Positions 27,711 to 43,536 of a DNA stretch of 64,000 nucleotides are shown here, in pieces. The notes under the pieces were generated by a model that worked only from the letters and a program-made list of their open reading frames with translations, did not search any database and was not told the DNA's origin. Position numbers and translations under genes: made by a program. The DNA lies in NCBI GenBank assembly GCA_951406725.2, contig OX597826.1, positions 51,212,001 to 51,276,000 of the forward strand, read 5' to 3'. Each line of letters opens with the position of its first letter. Position 1 is the first letter of the stretch. The stretch is from Octopus vulgaris. Lineage: Eukaryota.

Positions 27711-28943
27711 ATTGAAATTGAAACCTATTACAAAACTCAACACCCAATGAGGTCCTGTACATCCTTAGCCATTATCTTCCCATGGGTCATATATTACGAA
27801 TCTTTCTTTGTAAGAAGCTTAGATGGAAAGCTCGATTAAATTTTTCTCTAGATGAATGATGTTTCTAATAATTCATATTCAAATTCTTTAACAGTTCCCT
27901 CGTGACAAAATGATGGCTGTAGACAGTTTCTCTACACCAATTATTATCAACTTCCATTTGTTTTTGAGATTAAACATTTGAATATTTTTCTCGTTCAATT
28001 CTGTCTAAACACAATATTCAATATCACTTTATTGTTATTACTTCCAATTCTGGTTTATTAAACAATGTCTAATTTGTAGCATCCTTGTAATTTCTCAGAC
28101 TCAGACAGACAAAATACACGATGGAGTTGAACGTAGGTTTGTTTCTATCGTTTATATGTTGTTTTACAAGTAAATTCCATGCTATACAGAAATCGATAAG
28201 AATTTATAATTAAGAAAATAAGTTAATTTGATATACAAATAAAAAAAGAGGAAAAGCACGTACAAAATATGCAAACATTCGCATATATGATTGTACGTAC
28301 AGTACCTGGCATTGATGCTATATTTCTTTCAACATTCAAAGCCATCTTTCATGTTGAAAGCCAAATATATTTGCGCAGCCATGTTTGGCATAGTAGAATA
28401 TTATTTTTTTATTGTAATTGCAACAGTCAGTAGAGCATGAAAAATTTAGAATTGGCAGTTTTGAAGATATTTTTCTTGAAGAAGTTGATTGAAGGCGTTT
28501 TATTATGCATGTGAATGAAATTACGTAACATTACGTATATGATTTCAGTCAAATAAAACATTGCATGGTAGATGCACAATATGAAGATTTCGTTTTTATG
28601 TGGTTAGTTGCTTGTTTAGCACCAGGTCAGCCATTATCGAGCAGGACTATGATCAAAGCTGTTCCATCTTCAACCAACCCGTAATTTTTTCCGCATTATT
28701 GTATCTAAGACACGATTATTCGTCCATCCATTTTTAAGAGAGCAGAGTGTTGTTGCAGCGAGGAAGAACTAGTAGTTATGAGTTGCAGCTCGAGCTGTCA
28801 CGTGAAGATATCATGAAGCCAAGAAATTACTTATAGTCGGGTTTGAACACATCACTGCAAGCTAATAGGTATTACTTACAGGAATGAGGCTACATAACTC
28901 TATCTAAAGCTAAATGGTTAATGAATCCATCCAAACGAGGCAA

Positions 28944-28978
<35 letters not shown>

Positions 28979-29860
28979 CTCTTCCGAAATTGCTGGCCTA
29001 GTGGCAGAATTTGATATTGATGTTATATACAAATGATGGTGATACATTGAATGCCTTTCCCAATAAGCTGACTAGGAGCAAAATAACAACAACAACAACA
29101 CCATCAAATGTGGATATTAAGTCAATAATAGTGCTTTTACGTGATCATTCCACCTGCTATAAAATAATCTCCGAAATTCCCTCACAAATCTCACTCTAGT
29201 CTTTTAAATACTTTCTCAAATTACGAAAGGCTACATTAGATAATGTAATAAAAACAATATATTTTAAAGACGAGAATGGGCATAGGGATGGCTGACCTAG
29301 TGTTAAATAATAACGCAACAACAACAAATGATATTGTGGATATTGAATAAGGTTCACTTAATCATATAAAACACATGATGGGAAGAATAAAAACGTTGTC
29401 AGTGGCGCTGATGTATTGTTCATGTTTTCTCTTCGGCTTAAGTCATATAATTCCGCATGAATTCTTCCGAAACCCACAAATCTGACAGACAATATATTTG
29501 AATTCCTTAGAACATATAAAAAATAAACCAAATCAAAACAAAAACCTAACAAAAATGTCAGATTAGAAACTTCAAGACATGGATTATTTCCTCAAGTTGT
29601 TTTTACAACATTTCATGCATTATCGGAGCTACAAGCAAAATTATCTATCAGATGACACGTGGAATCGAACTAACTTTCCAGCTGCTTATTTGATTCCGAT
29701 ATTTCAGGCTACATTGATGATATCGATTAAATATTCAGAATTAATGTGAGATTAAATGTTTTCCTCTAATACAAGATTAAATTTCCTCCGCAGCTACATG
29801 GTTTTACTGGTAGCGTGTTTGTCTAACATAACGGAGCTATCTTCGTCTACATAATAGAAC

Positions 29861-30936
29861 TATGAGATGCTTTCACAAAGTATAAAATCTTTGTGCATAA
29901 AGAAAAAAAACCCCCAATTTTGTACATTTCACAGATTTCATCTAAACACCTTCAAAATACTTCTCCTTGCGGTTCTGCCACTTCTGGTAACTCCTCTAGA
30001 AGGGGTTGTCCCTGTAAAACTAAGGAGTTCTGCCGTTAATTTTGTCATAATTTACTCAAATCACTTCCATTTCAGCATGGTTTTCAGATTGGGGAAAAAC
30101 CAGAAGTCGCACGATGCCAAGTTGGAGCCATAGGGACTTTGTGGAACAAGTGGTGTGTTGTTCTTGAGCAGGAAATCTTGGATTATGTGGGCGGAATGAG
30201 CGGACGCATTGTCGTGGAGAAGTTGTCAATCCTTTGCCGCCCACACGTCCGGTCACTTTCGATGCACAGCGTCACAAAGGCGTCGTATAACCCCCAGGAA
30301 TAATTCCTTGTTGATTGTTTGGTCTTGTGATGTGTACTCATGATACACTTTACTACAGGAATCAAAGAAACAGCTCAACATTAATTTCACGCTGCTGCGA
30401 CTCTATCGTGATTTTTTTTTTCCTCAGTGATGACGGATGCTTCCATTGGGAGGACTGGAATTTGGTTTTCGGGCCGTAATTATAAACCCATGTCTCATCA
30501 CCTTTGATGATGATCTTCATGAAATCTGGGTCGTGGTTTGCTCAGTCCAGCATGTCATGATTGATTTCCATGCGGAGTTGTGTCTGTTGCTCCACCAACA
30601 TCTTGGGGACGAATTTTGCCTACACTCCTCATAACATCAACCCCCAAAGGCCTACCGAATCTTCAGGATAGTTTGTGATTGAGTACCATAAGCTTTTGGC
30701 AAAACTTGATGCAATATCTCTACTCGATGTGTTCGATCATCTTGCGTGAAAACGAAAATCCGACGAGCGCGCACTCGGCGTAAGAGTCGGAAACTTACAC
30801 GACCTAGCGGCGCGAAAGTTTTCACGCATGCGCAGAAAGGGTGGCGTCATCTCCCATCTAAAGGATTTTCCATTCACGGCATTAGTTTTGGCAGGAAAAA
30901 AAATCAAAGTTTAATACTTTTTGAACTCGCCTCGTA
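29861..30936 (-). mobile_element. Decayed, internally deleted mariner transposon
   Basis: Imperfect terminal inverted repeats (TIRs): tatgagatgctttcacaaagtat / atactttttgaactcgcctcgta. Minus translation LLHDNASAH...PYGSNLASCDFWFFP (YSPDLAP.D motif). Confidence 0.85.
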
Positions 30937-31063
30937 CATTCTTTTCTTGTGTTTTCTCTCATTCTGCAATAGAACAAAGATGAGATATTCCCACTGATAA
31001 ATCACTCTAAAGAGACAAGTTTTCACTTCAGGTATATTTATTTACATGTATATTTATTTACAT

Positions 31064-31441
31064 GCAATGGCCCAGTGGTTAGGGCAGCGGACTCGCGGTC
31101 GTAGGATCGCGGTTTCGATTCCCAGACCGGGCGTTGTGAGTGTTTATTGAGCGAAAACACCTAAAGCTCCACGAGGTTCCAGCAGGGGATGGTTGTCATC
31201 CCTGCTGTACTCTTTCACCACAACTTACTCTCACTCTTACTTCCTGTTTCTGTTGTACCTGTATTTCAAAGGGGCCGGCCTTGTCACTCTCTGTGTCACG
31301 CTGAATATCCCCGAGAACTACGTTAAGGATACACGTGTCTGTGGAGTGCTCAGCCACTTACACGTTAATTTCACGAGCAGGCTGTTCCGTTGATTCGGAT
31401 CAACCGGAACCCTCGTCGTCGTAACCGACGGAGTGCTTCCA
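31064..31441 (+). mobile_element. tRNA-derived SINE family C, near full length
   Basis: A-box tggcccagtgg and B-box ggtttcgattccc. Nearly identical to 38852-39235. Confidence 0.9.
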
Positions 31442-32206
31442 TATCTATTTCCATTCTATAAACATTTTTGCAGTAGGCACGGCTTTAAATACAAGATATT
31501 TTGTTTTTGGTAATATGGATAGTCATTACAAGTGGTTTGCTAAAAACGACCTTAATATAACAATAAGAATAGGTATTTTAAAATATAATTTATTTGCTAT
31601 GTGATAACAAATGTGGTTGCATCGTGATAAAGTGGATTTTAATATTTCGAGCAAGTCCCTTGATCTTTTCTTCGTCGATGAAAGAACTAGTCCAAAAAGT
31701 TAGTTTCTGTTTCATTTTGTTACTATTGTGTTGTTTTTGTTGTTGCTATTTAAACCTAGGTCATTCCTGTTTGTGTAGATCAAAGGTATTAACGTAGTGA
31801 TCCTTTGTCTTTTTGTCAGATACAGCGTATCAAGGGATACATGAGATACTGTATTCAGTTCCTTTTTAAGATAGTGGAATGCGATTCAAGGGGATTAGGC
31901 TCTTATTTCTAGTGACTGCATTGAGACTCCCTCATCGATTTGTGTATTTCGTTCTATAGGGAGGCTAAACCTTTCGTTTGAAAAGCATTTCTTCATCTTT
32001 AAAGAAAGCTAAATTCAGTTGTGCAAGCTGTTAACACTATCAACAATCATACAGTCTTATAATCGCACACAATTGTAGGCTGAGTGAAGACTATCAATCT
32101 ATAAGTATTAACGTACAACTACGTGCATTGATTCATTGTAAATTTATATCTATGTTGACACTGTAAATTTATCAAACTATAGTTACTTACATTGGGCCAT
32201 TGCAAA

Positions 32207-32284
<78 letters not shown>

Positions 32285-32375
32285 CTCTATCTATCTATCT
32301 ATCTATCTCTTTTAACAATAGTATGCTGGTAATACAATACCAAAGGTTTTATGCGCATAAATTCGCAATTATTCA

Positions 32376-32688
32376 ATTGTAGCTTTAATATTAGTGGCAG
32401 CCCGGCCATCTTATAAGACGTGAGTGCGACCGAAATAGCAAACGAGATTTCTTGCGATGATACATGGCACCAAGACAAAAGATTAATTAAGTGAGCGAAA
32501 GGAAGCAATCATGTGACCGGTTAGTAATGACATACAACACAAGGGAAGCAACTAATATTACAGTAACTGAATGATTGCTCCTTCCTCTACCGATTTAGTT
32601 AACTTTTTGTCCTGGTACTATGTACTACCGCACCAAATCTCGCCTGAAATCTCGTTGTCGAGCTGTCAGAACTATTCAAACTATGATC
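32376..32688. repeat. Old imperfect palindrome (probable decayed MITE)
   Basis: gagatttcttgcgatgatacatggcaccaagacaaaag...aagcaatcat pairs imperfectly with atgattgct...ctttttgtcctggtactatgtactaccgcaccaaatctc. Confidence 0.6.
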
Positions 32689-32967
32689 GAATAATTGTAA
32701 GTTAAGTAATGGTTATCCCTTCTTTCTGACTTTCTATTGCATCTATAATAGATTCTGTTCCTCGGAGCTGGTTTGTCTCGTAACTTCTCCGTACACGCAC
32801 ACCCGACCTACTTACCTCTTCATCTCTCGTCACCCTTATTGTGTTACAACGTTAGGGCTTGCACTAATCACTTGGCACAGTTCTTTCTTCCAAAATATCC
32901 GTCCTTTGGAATCATCTTCCACTGTTGTCTTAAGTGCAGGTTTTAACTTGTGCAAGTTTTGATTTGC

Positions 32968-33560
32968 CAGTGGTCCTTAACCATTTTTGCCCATGGACCT
33001 CTTTGATTACAATTTTATCCTAGTGGATCCCCGTAGCCACTGGATGTTTAAAAGGTAGTTTTATACATATAGTTTTATACATACTTCTTTCAAAATTCCT
33101 ATTTTGGTCTTCACACATTAACTTATATAGGTTGAACTTTGTAAAACATTAGAGAGAAAAACTCAGCTGTTTCTTGTAATAAATGGTGAAGATGCCGACG
33201 ACCGCTTTGTTCAAAGCCTCCCTGGACCTCAAGTGGCCTGAACTCTTTACATGAACACCACCATGTACTTAACTCCATGTCCCCCTACATGGCCTTGCTA
33301 TTTGCTTTTGAGCCCTGAACTCTTTACATGAACACCACCCTGTACTTAACTCCATGTCCCCCTACATGGCCTTGCTATTTGCTTTTGAGCCAAATTAACT
33401 AACTAACTAACTAACTAACTAAATACATCAAATGCAAAATTTTTCCATTGATCCTTAACTTACTGCTGTGAATCCCCAATCTGTTATTTTGCTAGTGTGG
33501 GCCCTCCCAAATTTTATATGAGATCTCAGGGTCCATACGGCCCCCGGTTGTGAACCACTG
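32968..33560. mobile_element. hAT-type MITE carrying a nested LINE 3' end
   Basis: Termini cagtggtccttaacc / ggttgtgaaccactg (CAGTGG-type TIR). No clean TSD. Confidence 0.65.
33184..33420 (+). mobile_element. CR1-group LINE 3' end with duplicated 77-bp 3' segment and (AACT)n tail
   Basis: VKMPTTALFKASLDLKWPELFT* (FK..LD..W motif). Tandem units 33237-33313 and 33314-33390. Confidence 0.7.
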
Positions 33561-34463
33561 CTTTAAGCAGAACATTAGGGACATAAAATCTCGGAAAACA
33601 TACAAGATTATGGGGCATTGCCCCTTCCACCATATATAACAGTTAAAACAAAACCAAAAAAGCAAAAATCAGAAAAACAAACAAACAAACAAACTAGGTG
33701 TATGCAATAACACGACTCGTCGACCTTCTTACTATAAATCATGTCATGTTTCCACTCAGTTTCTCTTTGTTTTGCGAAATTATAACTTTATAAATATTCA
33801 GAGCAGGAGTAATTTCATTTCCGATCGTATTTAACACGCACGTGCCACCCACCGCCATAAACACGCGCACACACACGCACGCACGCACACACACACATAC
33901 ATCTGCTTGCTTAATCTATATTTTATAACTTGTCTCTCTTTGTTATATATCCATGACCTTTATCTTTTCATCCCAACCCCACGCACAAGCTTCACTCATC
34001 AGCCTCTTTATTAGTTGGTAAATCATGATTCCAGGGTTTTGCACGTAATGTAAATAATGGCTGCTGGTTTGGGAACGCTTTATTTGTTTAACAAAAGTTT
34101 TCCGTTTATTTGCTATGAACAGAGAAGAGATCAATGGTTTGTTAAGGTATTGCTTCTTGTAAATCTCTTATCTGCTTCTGACACATCTGCAAGAGAAAAA
34201 GAAAGAGAAAGGAAAACGCAAAAATAAAATACTGAATATTTGCATTCATGATCTAATAGCTGGAAGGCGTTTTCTAACTCCTTAAAACCTGTTTAGTACA
34301 TGAGCTCTCAGAGAGAACAAGCGAGGAATAATTTTACAGTTACTTGCGGAGGGAGTGTCTTCTTATTCTTCTTGTACTTACTGTACTCACTCACAATATC
34401 CTATCGATTTATTTACATACTTAAGGATTTGAGCACACATACTTAGACATCGCACTTTCTTTA

Positions 34464-34502
<39 letters not shown>

Positions 34503-34657
34503 GCGAATTATATAAAAATGCGTATGCATATTTATATAATTATATATTTATTTATATATTTATTTATTTATGTATGTATGTATGTGTGTGTGTGCGTGTG
34601 TGCGAATGTGCACTAAAATTTATGTCGATATAAATAAATAAATATATATATATATAC

Positions 34658-34744
<87 letters not shown>

Positions 34745-34822
34745 TATCGATCTATCGAGCTATTTGCTTCTCAATATCACTTCTCTCATGCTTACATATA
34801 AATTACTTTCAGAGTACATGCG

Positions 34823-34864
<42 letters not shown>

Positions 34865-37249
34865 AGTATAATCGTATGGAATGTATTAAGATATATAGGA
34901 AGCATTTGGTAAAAAGTACGTGGTGCTCGCAATGCGAATACTTTTGGCGAGGGAAAGACTTGAAGCAGAGAAAATGGAATAAAATCAAACGAGTATTTAT
35001 TACTGCGCTTTGCTCGGGAGAATCTAATCCTATACAAATAACGGGATTCGTACTACGGTTGAGCATGGAGCCGTGTATTAAATACACGTGAGATTTTTAA
35101 ATCCATGAAGACTGAACATTTAGTATATTTGTATCTTCTCAATCGATTCTTGAAATTTTCCTTTACGTGGTAGCTACTGATTCCAATAAACATTTCAAGG
35201 GAAAACTTGCGTTTCTTAAGTGAATGGTTGAACAAATGTGAACAAAAAATGAACAGCAATACTAGTCTTTGCTTGAAACAGAAAAGCATAGAAAATATTT
35301 ATTGCTACGTGTTTTGTTAAAATGTTTAACTTTTCTGTTACCTTATTTCTGACAAAATACACTGACTTTGATCACAAAAAATTATGAAAACGTGGAGGGA
35401 TTTACTAAAATAATTTTGTCACTATTAAGTCAGTGTTTGGAATATAAATTAGCATGAATTTTTTTCATCTAAGTTAAACCCGAAAGTTTGTATGGTAGAA
35501 GCAGGGATGGTTTCTGGCCGGTTGGTATCAGGTTGGTATTAAAAAAAACTGCTTTTAATTTTTCTGCTTTTATTTTTGTTTACATACTACGAACCTTTAC
35601 ACATACACAGGTTTGCATGTGAATTAGCAGACGCGTCAGAGTCGGATGGAATGCTTTTTACTCCGTTTTTGTTTTTATTCCCTGAGTTTAAATCTCATCG
35701 AAGTCAACTGAGTCTTTCAATCTTTTCGAGATCGATGAATAAAATACAAAAGTTGATGAGATTATCCTTTGGCATCTGTTCCGGCTATTAGCATTCAGAG
35801 TTCAGTTTCTGCAAACTGTACTGGCGTCGATTAAACCCATCCAACAATTCGTTTCGATGTTGCTTACATTAAGAACCATTGCTACTACTACAGACTACCC
35901 TGAAAGTGACGGCGGGTATTAGTAGTAGAGCGCTTGTGGTATTTAATTAGGTTGCCTTAGGATATGAATATATTTTTGATATTTAAACAGGAGAAGGCAG
36001 TGCCCATGGCCCTTTACAGGGCTTCTGAAACTAGTGATCCAAGCCTGAGAGCTGGCCCGAATCGCTGCAGCAGATTGGTCTCTGCTAATGGTTGCCAAGG
36101 CGATGGTGTGAAACTGGACAACTGATTAATTCTACCACCCATATAAGTTACGTCGGAATTTGAACTCGGAATGCAAGAAATCAGAATAAATTCCACAATG
36201 CAGTCCATCCAATGCTGTCATACTATCTCAGTCCACTGTATTCTTCCCTCCAAAAAAGTACTTTACTTATCGTCCCAAGAAGTACGAAAGGCAAACTTGA
36301 CCTCGGCGGGATTTGAATTCAGAACGTAAAGTACTGTAATATATACTGCAAGATATTTCGTACTATTCCCAAACAATTTGTCAGTTCCAGAGATCAATAA
36401 AAAATTTGTTAGTGAAATATTGGGATTCAAAAATTCTATTATAATTTTCTTTCAAAAAATTTCGGTCTGTGTTTATGTCAGAAAGTCTGGTAGAGAAGCA
36501 AGGTATCATAACAAGTTGCCCTGTCTTGTGTGTTTGGTGATAAAATATGCATTTACTGCTTGCATAACGATATTCTACTTCAGTACATCTATCCTATACC
36601 TTAAGCGAAAAGTCCTGTTGTTCTCTCTATCCACTACGTTACTTGAGTTTTGGCGCACCCGGTCAGCGGGTGATCATTTGACAAATTCCTATTGCATATT
36701 TGTACCTATGGACACACACATCCATACATACACAGATGATATGTTGGAGTAGCTGTAGTCTATGGAACTGAATATAATAAATATTTCCTGAAGACCAAAG
36801 GTGAATAAAACACAATGTTGAATATAACTAGCAAGATTTGAATTCGGTCATTGACCCATGCTAGTAATTACTGCATAGCATATAATCATCTTTGCCATCC
36901 TTAAAAACTGGATGGTAATTTCACAATAAACAGTATCATCATAATATTAATTATAATGGTTTCAAATTTTTTCACAAGGCCAATGGTTTTAGGAAGTTGG
37001 AGATAGTTGCATGATTTTATATTTTATGATTTAATTTTGCATATTTTCGAAATAAGCGAAGATTGAAATCTAATAAAGTTTCATACATAATTGAGAGAAT
37101 GAATAAAGTTCGTTGATTAGCTATCATTAGTCGTGTTCTTGCACCATCTTGCAAGAAGCAAATCAATTCTATAAATGTTTTCTCAGTACATTACAGCAAG
37201 CGACTTTGCTAGTATGTTCTGTATATTCTGTACACATACACAACACAAC

Positions 37250-37298
<49 letters not shown>

Positions 37299-37486
37299 TC
37301 ACATACACACATCTCCTTTTCTTTTACTTTTTCAGTACTTATCCTATAAGTCTCTTTTGCCGAACCGCTAGCTTATGGGGACATAAAAACACGAACAGCG
37401 GTTGTCAGGCGGTGGTGGGGGAAAACACTGACGCAAAACCACACAGACACAGACACAGACACATACACACACACACATATATATAT

Positions 37487-37551
<65 letters not shown>

Positions 37552-38812
37552 TATCAGGTCATCCCATAAATTCTGTACGATTTTACCTTTTTAAAAATTG
37601 AATGAAATTTAATAGTATTTTAGAATATCTAGTGGAATTAAAAATTACTTCTATGCATTTGTGTACATTTAAACTAATTAAATATTATTTTGCAGAATAA
37701 CAGAATTAAAATTTCTTTGATTAAAACCCTTTCTAACATGGAAGTATCCAAAGACCATTTAAGGCATATGAGTACAAAAAAGAAAACTCTGCAACCGAAG
37801 CGGCTCGAAACATACTCTCAGTTTATGGAAGAGAATGCTTGAATGAAAGAACTTGCAGAAGATGGTTTGCAAAATTCAGAAGTGGAGATTTCAGCCTTGA
37901 AGATGAAGATCGAACAGGACCTCCAGTTGAGTTTGATAATAAACTCCTTGAGGCATTACTTGAAAAAAAACCTGCATTATCAGTGGAAGAAGTGGCAATA
38001 AAGCTTAGTTCAAGCCATGCAACTGTTCATAGTCATTTTCAACAACTTGGAAAGGTTCCTAAACTTGGAAAATGGGTGCCTCATGAATTGTCCGAAAGTA
38101 ACCGCAAATCCCGAGTTGACATCTGCTCTTCTCTCCATTCTCGCTCATTTCACCCTTTTTGGATAGACTTTTGATTGGTGACGAAAAATGGATCTTCTAT
38201 CGAAATGTTAAACGTCGTAAACAGTGGTTTGGTAAAGGATGAAAAGCTCAACCACAACTGAGAAGAGAGATTCATGAGAAAAAGGTTCTTCTCTCTATCT
38301 GGTGGGATTGCAAAGGAGTAATTCACTTTGAATTACTGCCACTTAATGCAAAAATCAATGCTCAAGTCTACTGTCAGCAATTAGAGCGTTTGAACCAAGC
38401 TTTGAAGTAAAAAAAGACCCGCTTTAGTGAATCGAAAAGGAGTGATGTTTCATCAGGACAATGCGCGACTCCACAGTGCAAAGATCACATCACGGAAGAT
38501 CGAAAACCTTGGTTGGGAAAAAATTCCTCTTTCACCTTATTCTCCCGACCTTGCTCCTTCAGACTACCATTTGTACAGAATCATTTGGAAGACATAACCT
38601 TCGCAAGCCAGGAGGAGGTCGAAACTGACATTTCAGAGTTCTTCGCTTTGAAACCAAGAGTTTTACACTGATGGGATTAAAAGGCTTGTAAATAGATGGA
38701 AGGAAGTCATAGATAATCAGGGAAAATACATTGATGATTAAATTTCAATTAAATGTAACATTTGATCACTAGTTTTCTTTATTCAAAATTCGGACAGAAC
38801 TTACGGAATGAC

Positions 38813-38818
<6 letters not shown>
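37552..38818 (+). mobile_element. Near full-length mariner (D,D34D type) with pseudogenised transposase (~37738-38741)
   Basis: TIRs tatcaggtcatcccataaattctgtacga / tcggacagaacttacggaatgacctgata within (TA)n. Motifs RTCRRWFAKFRSG, WVPHEL, GDEKW, HQDNA and YSPDLAPSDYHL; frameshifts and stops. Confidence 0.95.
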
Positions 38819-38849
<31 letters not shown>

Positions 38850-38851
38850 AA

Positions 38852-40970
<2,119 letters not shown>

Positions 40971-41194
40971 TGACAGGCCTGCTTTCAGTTTCCGTCTACC
41001 AAATCCACTCATAAGGCTTTGGTCGGCCCGAGGCTACAATAGAAGGCATTTGTCCAAGTCGCCATGAAATGTGCTTGGGAAGCAAGCTCCTTACCACATC
41101 GCCACGCCTATATATATATATGAAGATTTCTCTTGAATGAAACAGTTCTAGTCCTGTAGAAGCTCCTTCTATATAATAAATTAATTTTACTCTG

Positions 41195-41273
<79 letters not shown>

Positions 41274-41459
41274 CTCTCTTGTTACTCTCTCCTTTATTCT
41301 TTTATTTGTTTCAGTCTTGATCGGTCGTTCGCAACATTTGCCAGTGTTCGAGCCTAACACACATACGTTACACAGCTTTACGCACTCCCACGTCAACATG
41401 CATGCACACATAAATACTCGGAGCACACACATTCCACACATACACACATACACTCACGC

Positions 41460-41720
41460 TTGTACACACATAGTAGCCAGGTTATAATTATCTCCCTTTC
41501 TACCAACCTTCTTGCTTCTAGTCAATTCAACATGTAAAATCGTCAATCTAGGCACAATTCTTCCTCTCTCCATTGTATTCTTTCCTCATTTGTTTCTATA
41601 AAAGAGCGTAGGCTCGAAACGTCAAAATCTTCTATTTTCCTGAGTGTCAAACTAATACACCTTGTTTGTTGCCACCACACCTGTCGCTGTCTTTTGATTT
41701 TGGGTTTTGTATAATTTTGA
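41460..41720 (+). mobile_element. Penelope-like pLTR relic with degenerate hammerhead
   Basis: gttt-ctataaa-a-gagc-gtag-gctc-gaaacgtc-aaaa at 41592-41626. Downstream ttcctgagtgtcaaactaatacac resembles 1615-1636. Confidence 0.5.
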
Positions 41721-41818
41721 ACTCTCTCTCTCTTACTCTCTCTATCTATTTATCTATAATATGCACAATATATATATGTATATATATACATGCATATATA
41801 CATACATTCATACACACA

Positions 41819-41888
<70 letters not shown>

Positions 41889-41891
<3 letters not shown>

Positions 41892-42710
41892 CGTGTCCCA
41901 AAAGCGGTCGCAATCTTTAATAATTCTTACATTTTTTTGGCATTTTTCTTTTATTTTCAGGGATTTTATGGACTAGGTCCTGGAAATTAATTATCGAAAA
42001 ACATGGCACCGCACAACGTATCCAAGTGGTGAAATTGTTCTATCGAATCAGGGGTCTTTTATTCAAACGCAAAGAGCACCAAAAGAGAATTGTACGCCAT
42101 AAAGTGTACAGCATGGTGTACAATTACGGCGGATGGGATACTGTGACTGGAATGCTGTTACTGTGACTGATACACGGCTATGAGCGAGAGCTTTTTGCGC
42201 CCGGCCATTCGAAATAGGCCCGATATGCGGTTCCAGCAAGATGGAGCAACTGCTCATATGGCTAGAGAGACAATACAGTTGCTGACGCAATGTTTTGGAG
42301 AAAGAATCATCTCTTGCTACTGCGGCGTCAACTAGCCATCGCGTTCCCCAGATTTGACCAGCCTGACTTTTTCTTGTGGAAGTACCTCAAGGAGAAGGTT
42401 TATGTCAACAAAACAGAAACCCTGGAGCAATTGAAGGAGAATATCACTAGAGAATCAGGTAACTGGACCCTGAAACCCTTACACCTGTCATGGGACATAT
42501 TTTGGAAAGGGAACAGATTTGTGAAGCTGAAAATGGACGCCATTTAAAAGATAATATTTTTCATACGTAATGCAGAGGTTAATGAAAAAGAACTAAATTG
42601 AATTAATCTCTATTATCTCCTCTATAGTGAATTAAAATTTCATACACCTCTTTGTAAAAATAAGGGAGTTATTAAAAATTAAAAATGATCAGTGACTTTT
42701 GGCCAACCTA
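41889..42710 (+). mobile_element. Internally deleted Tc1/mariner-superfamily (maT/rosa-like) transposon
   Basis: FQQDGATAH, PSRSPDL and DFFLWKYLKEKVYVNKTETLEQLKENI. Degenerate TIRs tagcgtgtcccaaaag / cttttggccaaccta. Confidence 0.8.
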
Positions 42711-42732
42711 TATATATATATAATACATATAA

Positions 42733-42823
<91 letters not shown>

Positions 42824-42859
42824 TCATCTATATATGTCTAAAACATATATATACATATA

Positions 42860-42902
<43 letters not shown>

Positions 42903-43230
42903 TAGGTAGATAGATAGACAGATAGCGAGAGTGGGTGGGGGAGAGAGATAAGAATAAGAGGGTGGGAGAATGTGTTGTTGGATGAGGTAGAAGCCTTATA
43001 TTGGCAGCTATAGTCATCGATGACATTTCGATCTTTCAGTATTTGAAAACATTCTGTAACAAAACCGAAAACTTATATGTAAAGGTCTTTATTTCCAGAA
43101 ACAACTGACGTAGAGCACGTCATCTGATAAATACAAATAAACCCTTTCTCTACTCTCTCTCTTACATATCCACGCATACATATACATATGCATACATACA
43201 CACATACAGACATAGACACACATATATATA

Positions 43231-43536
43231 CAGGCTGTCCTAAAAATATGTATACACACTTTAGCAGCTGATAACTCATTTGATATTTTTTTCTTTCCAG
43301 ATGAAACCTATAGGATTTAATGATGGCAGTCAGATTAAGAAAATTCATTCTAAAATGATACTGGAAGTGTGTGCACTTCAACTGCATTTTCCAGTATCAT
43401 TTTAGAATGAATTTTCTTTGTTCAAAGCTTAATCTGACTGCCATCATTAAATCCTATAGGTTTCATCTGGAAAGAAAAAAATATCAAATGAGTTATCAGC
43501 TGCTAAAGTGTGTATACATATTTTTGGGACAGCCTG
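43231..43536. mobile_element. 306-bp palindromic Tc1/mariner-type MITE
   Basis: caggctgtcc...ggacagcctg flanked by TA. Arms are near-perfect reverse complements apart from a 12-bp indel. Confidence 0.9.

Noticed and set aside
31064-31130. tRNA-like sequence with A and B boxes (also at 27476, 39170 and 760-838)
   Set aside because: Heads of multi-copy SINEs; no complete cloverleaf or acceptor stem, so not called tRNA genes.
37839-38174. SETMAR-like host gene
   Set aside because: Bounded by mariner TIRs, lacks a SET domain and has stops and frameshifts; it is a transposon copy.
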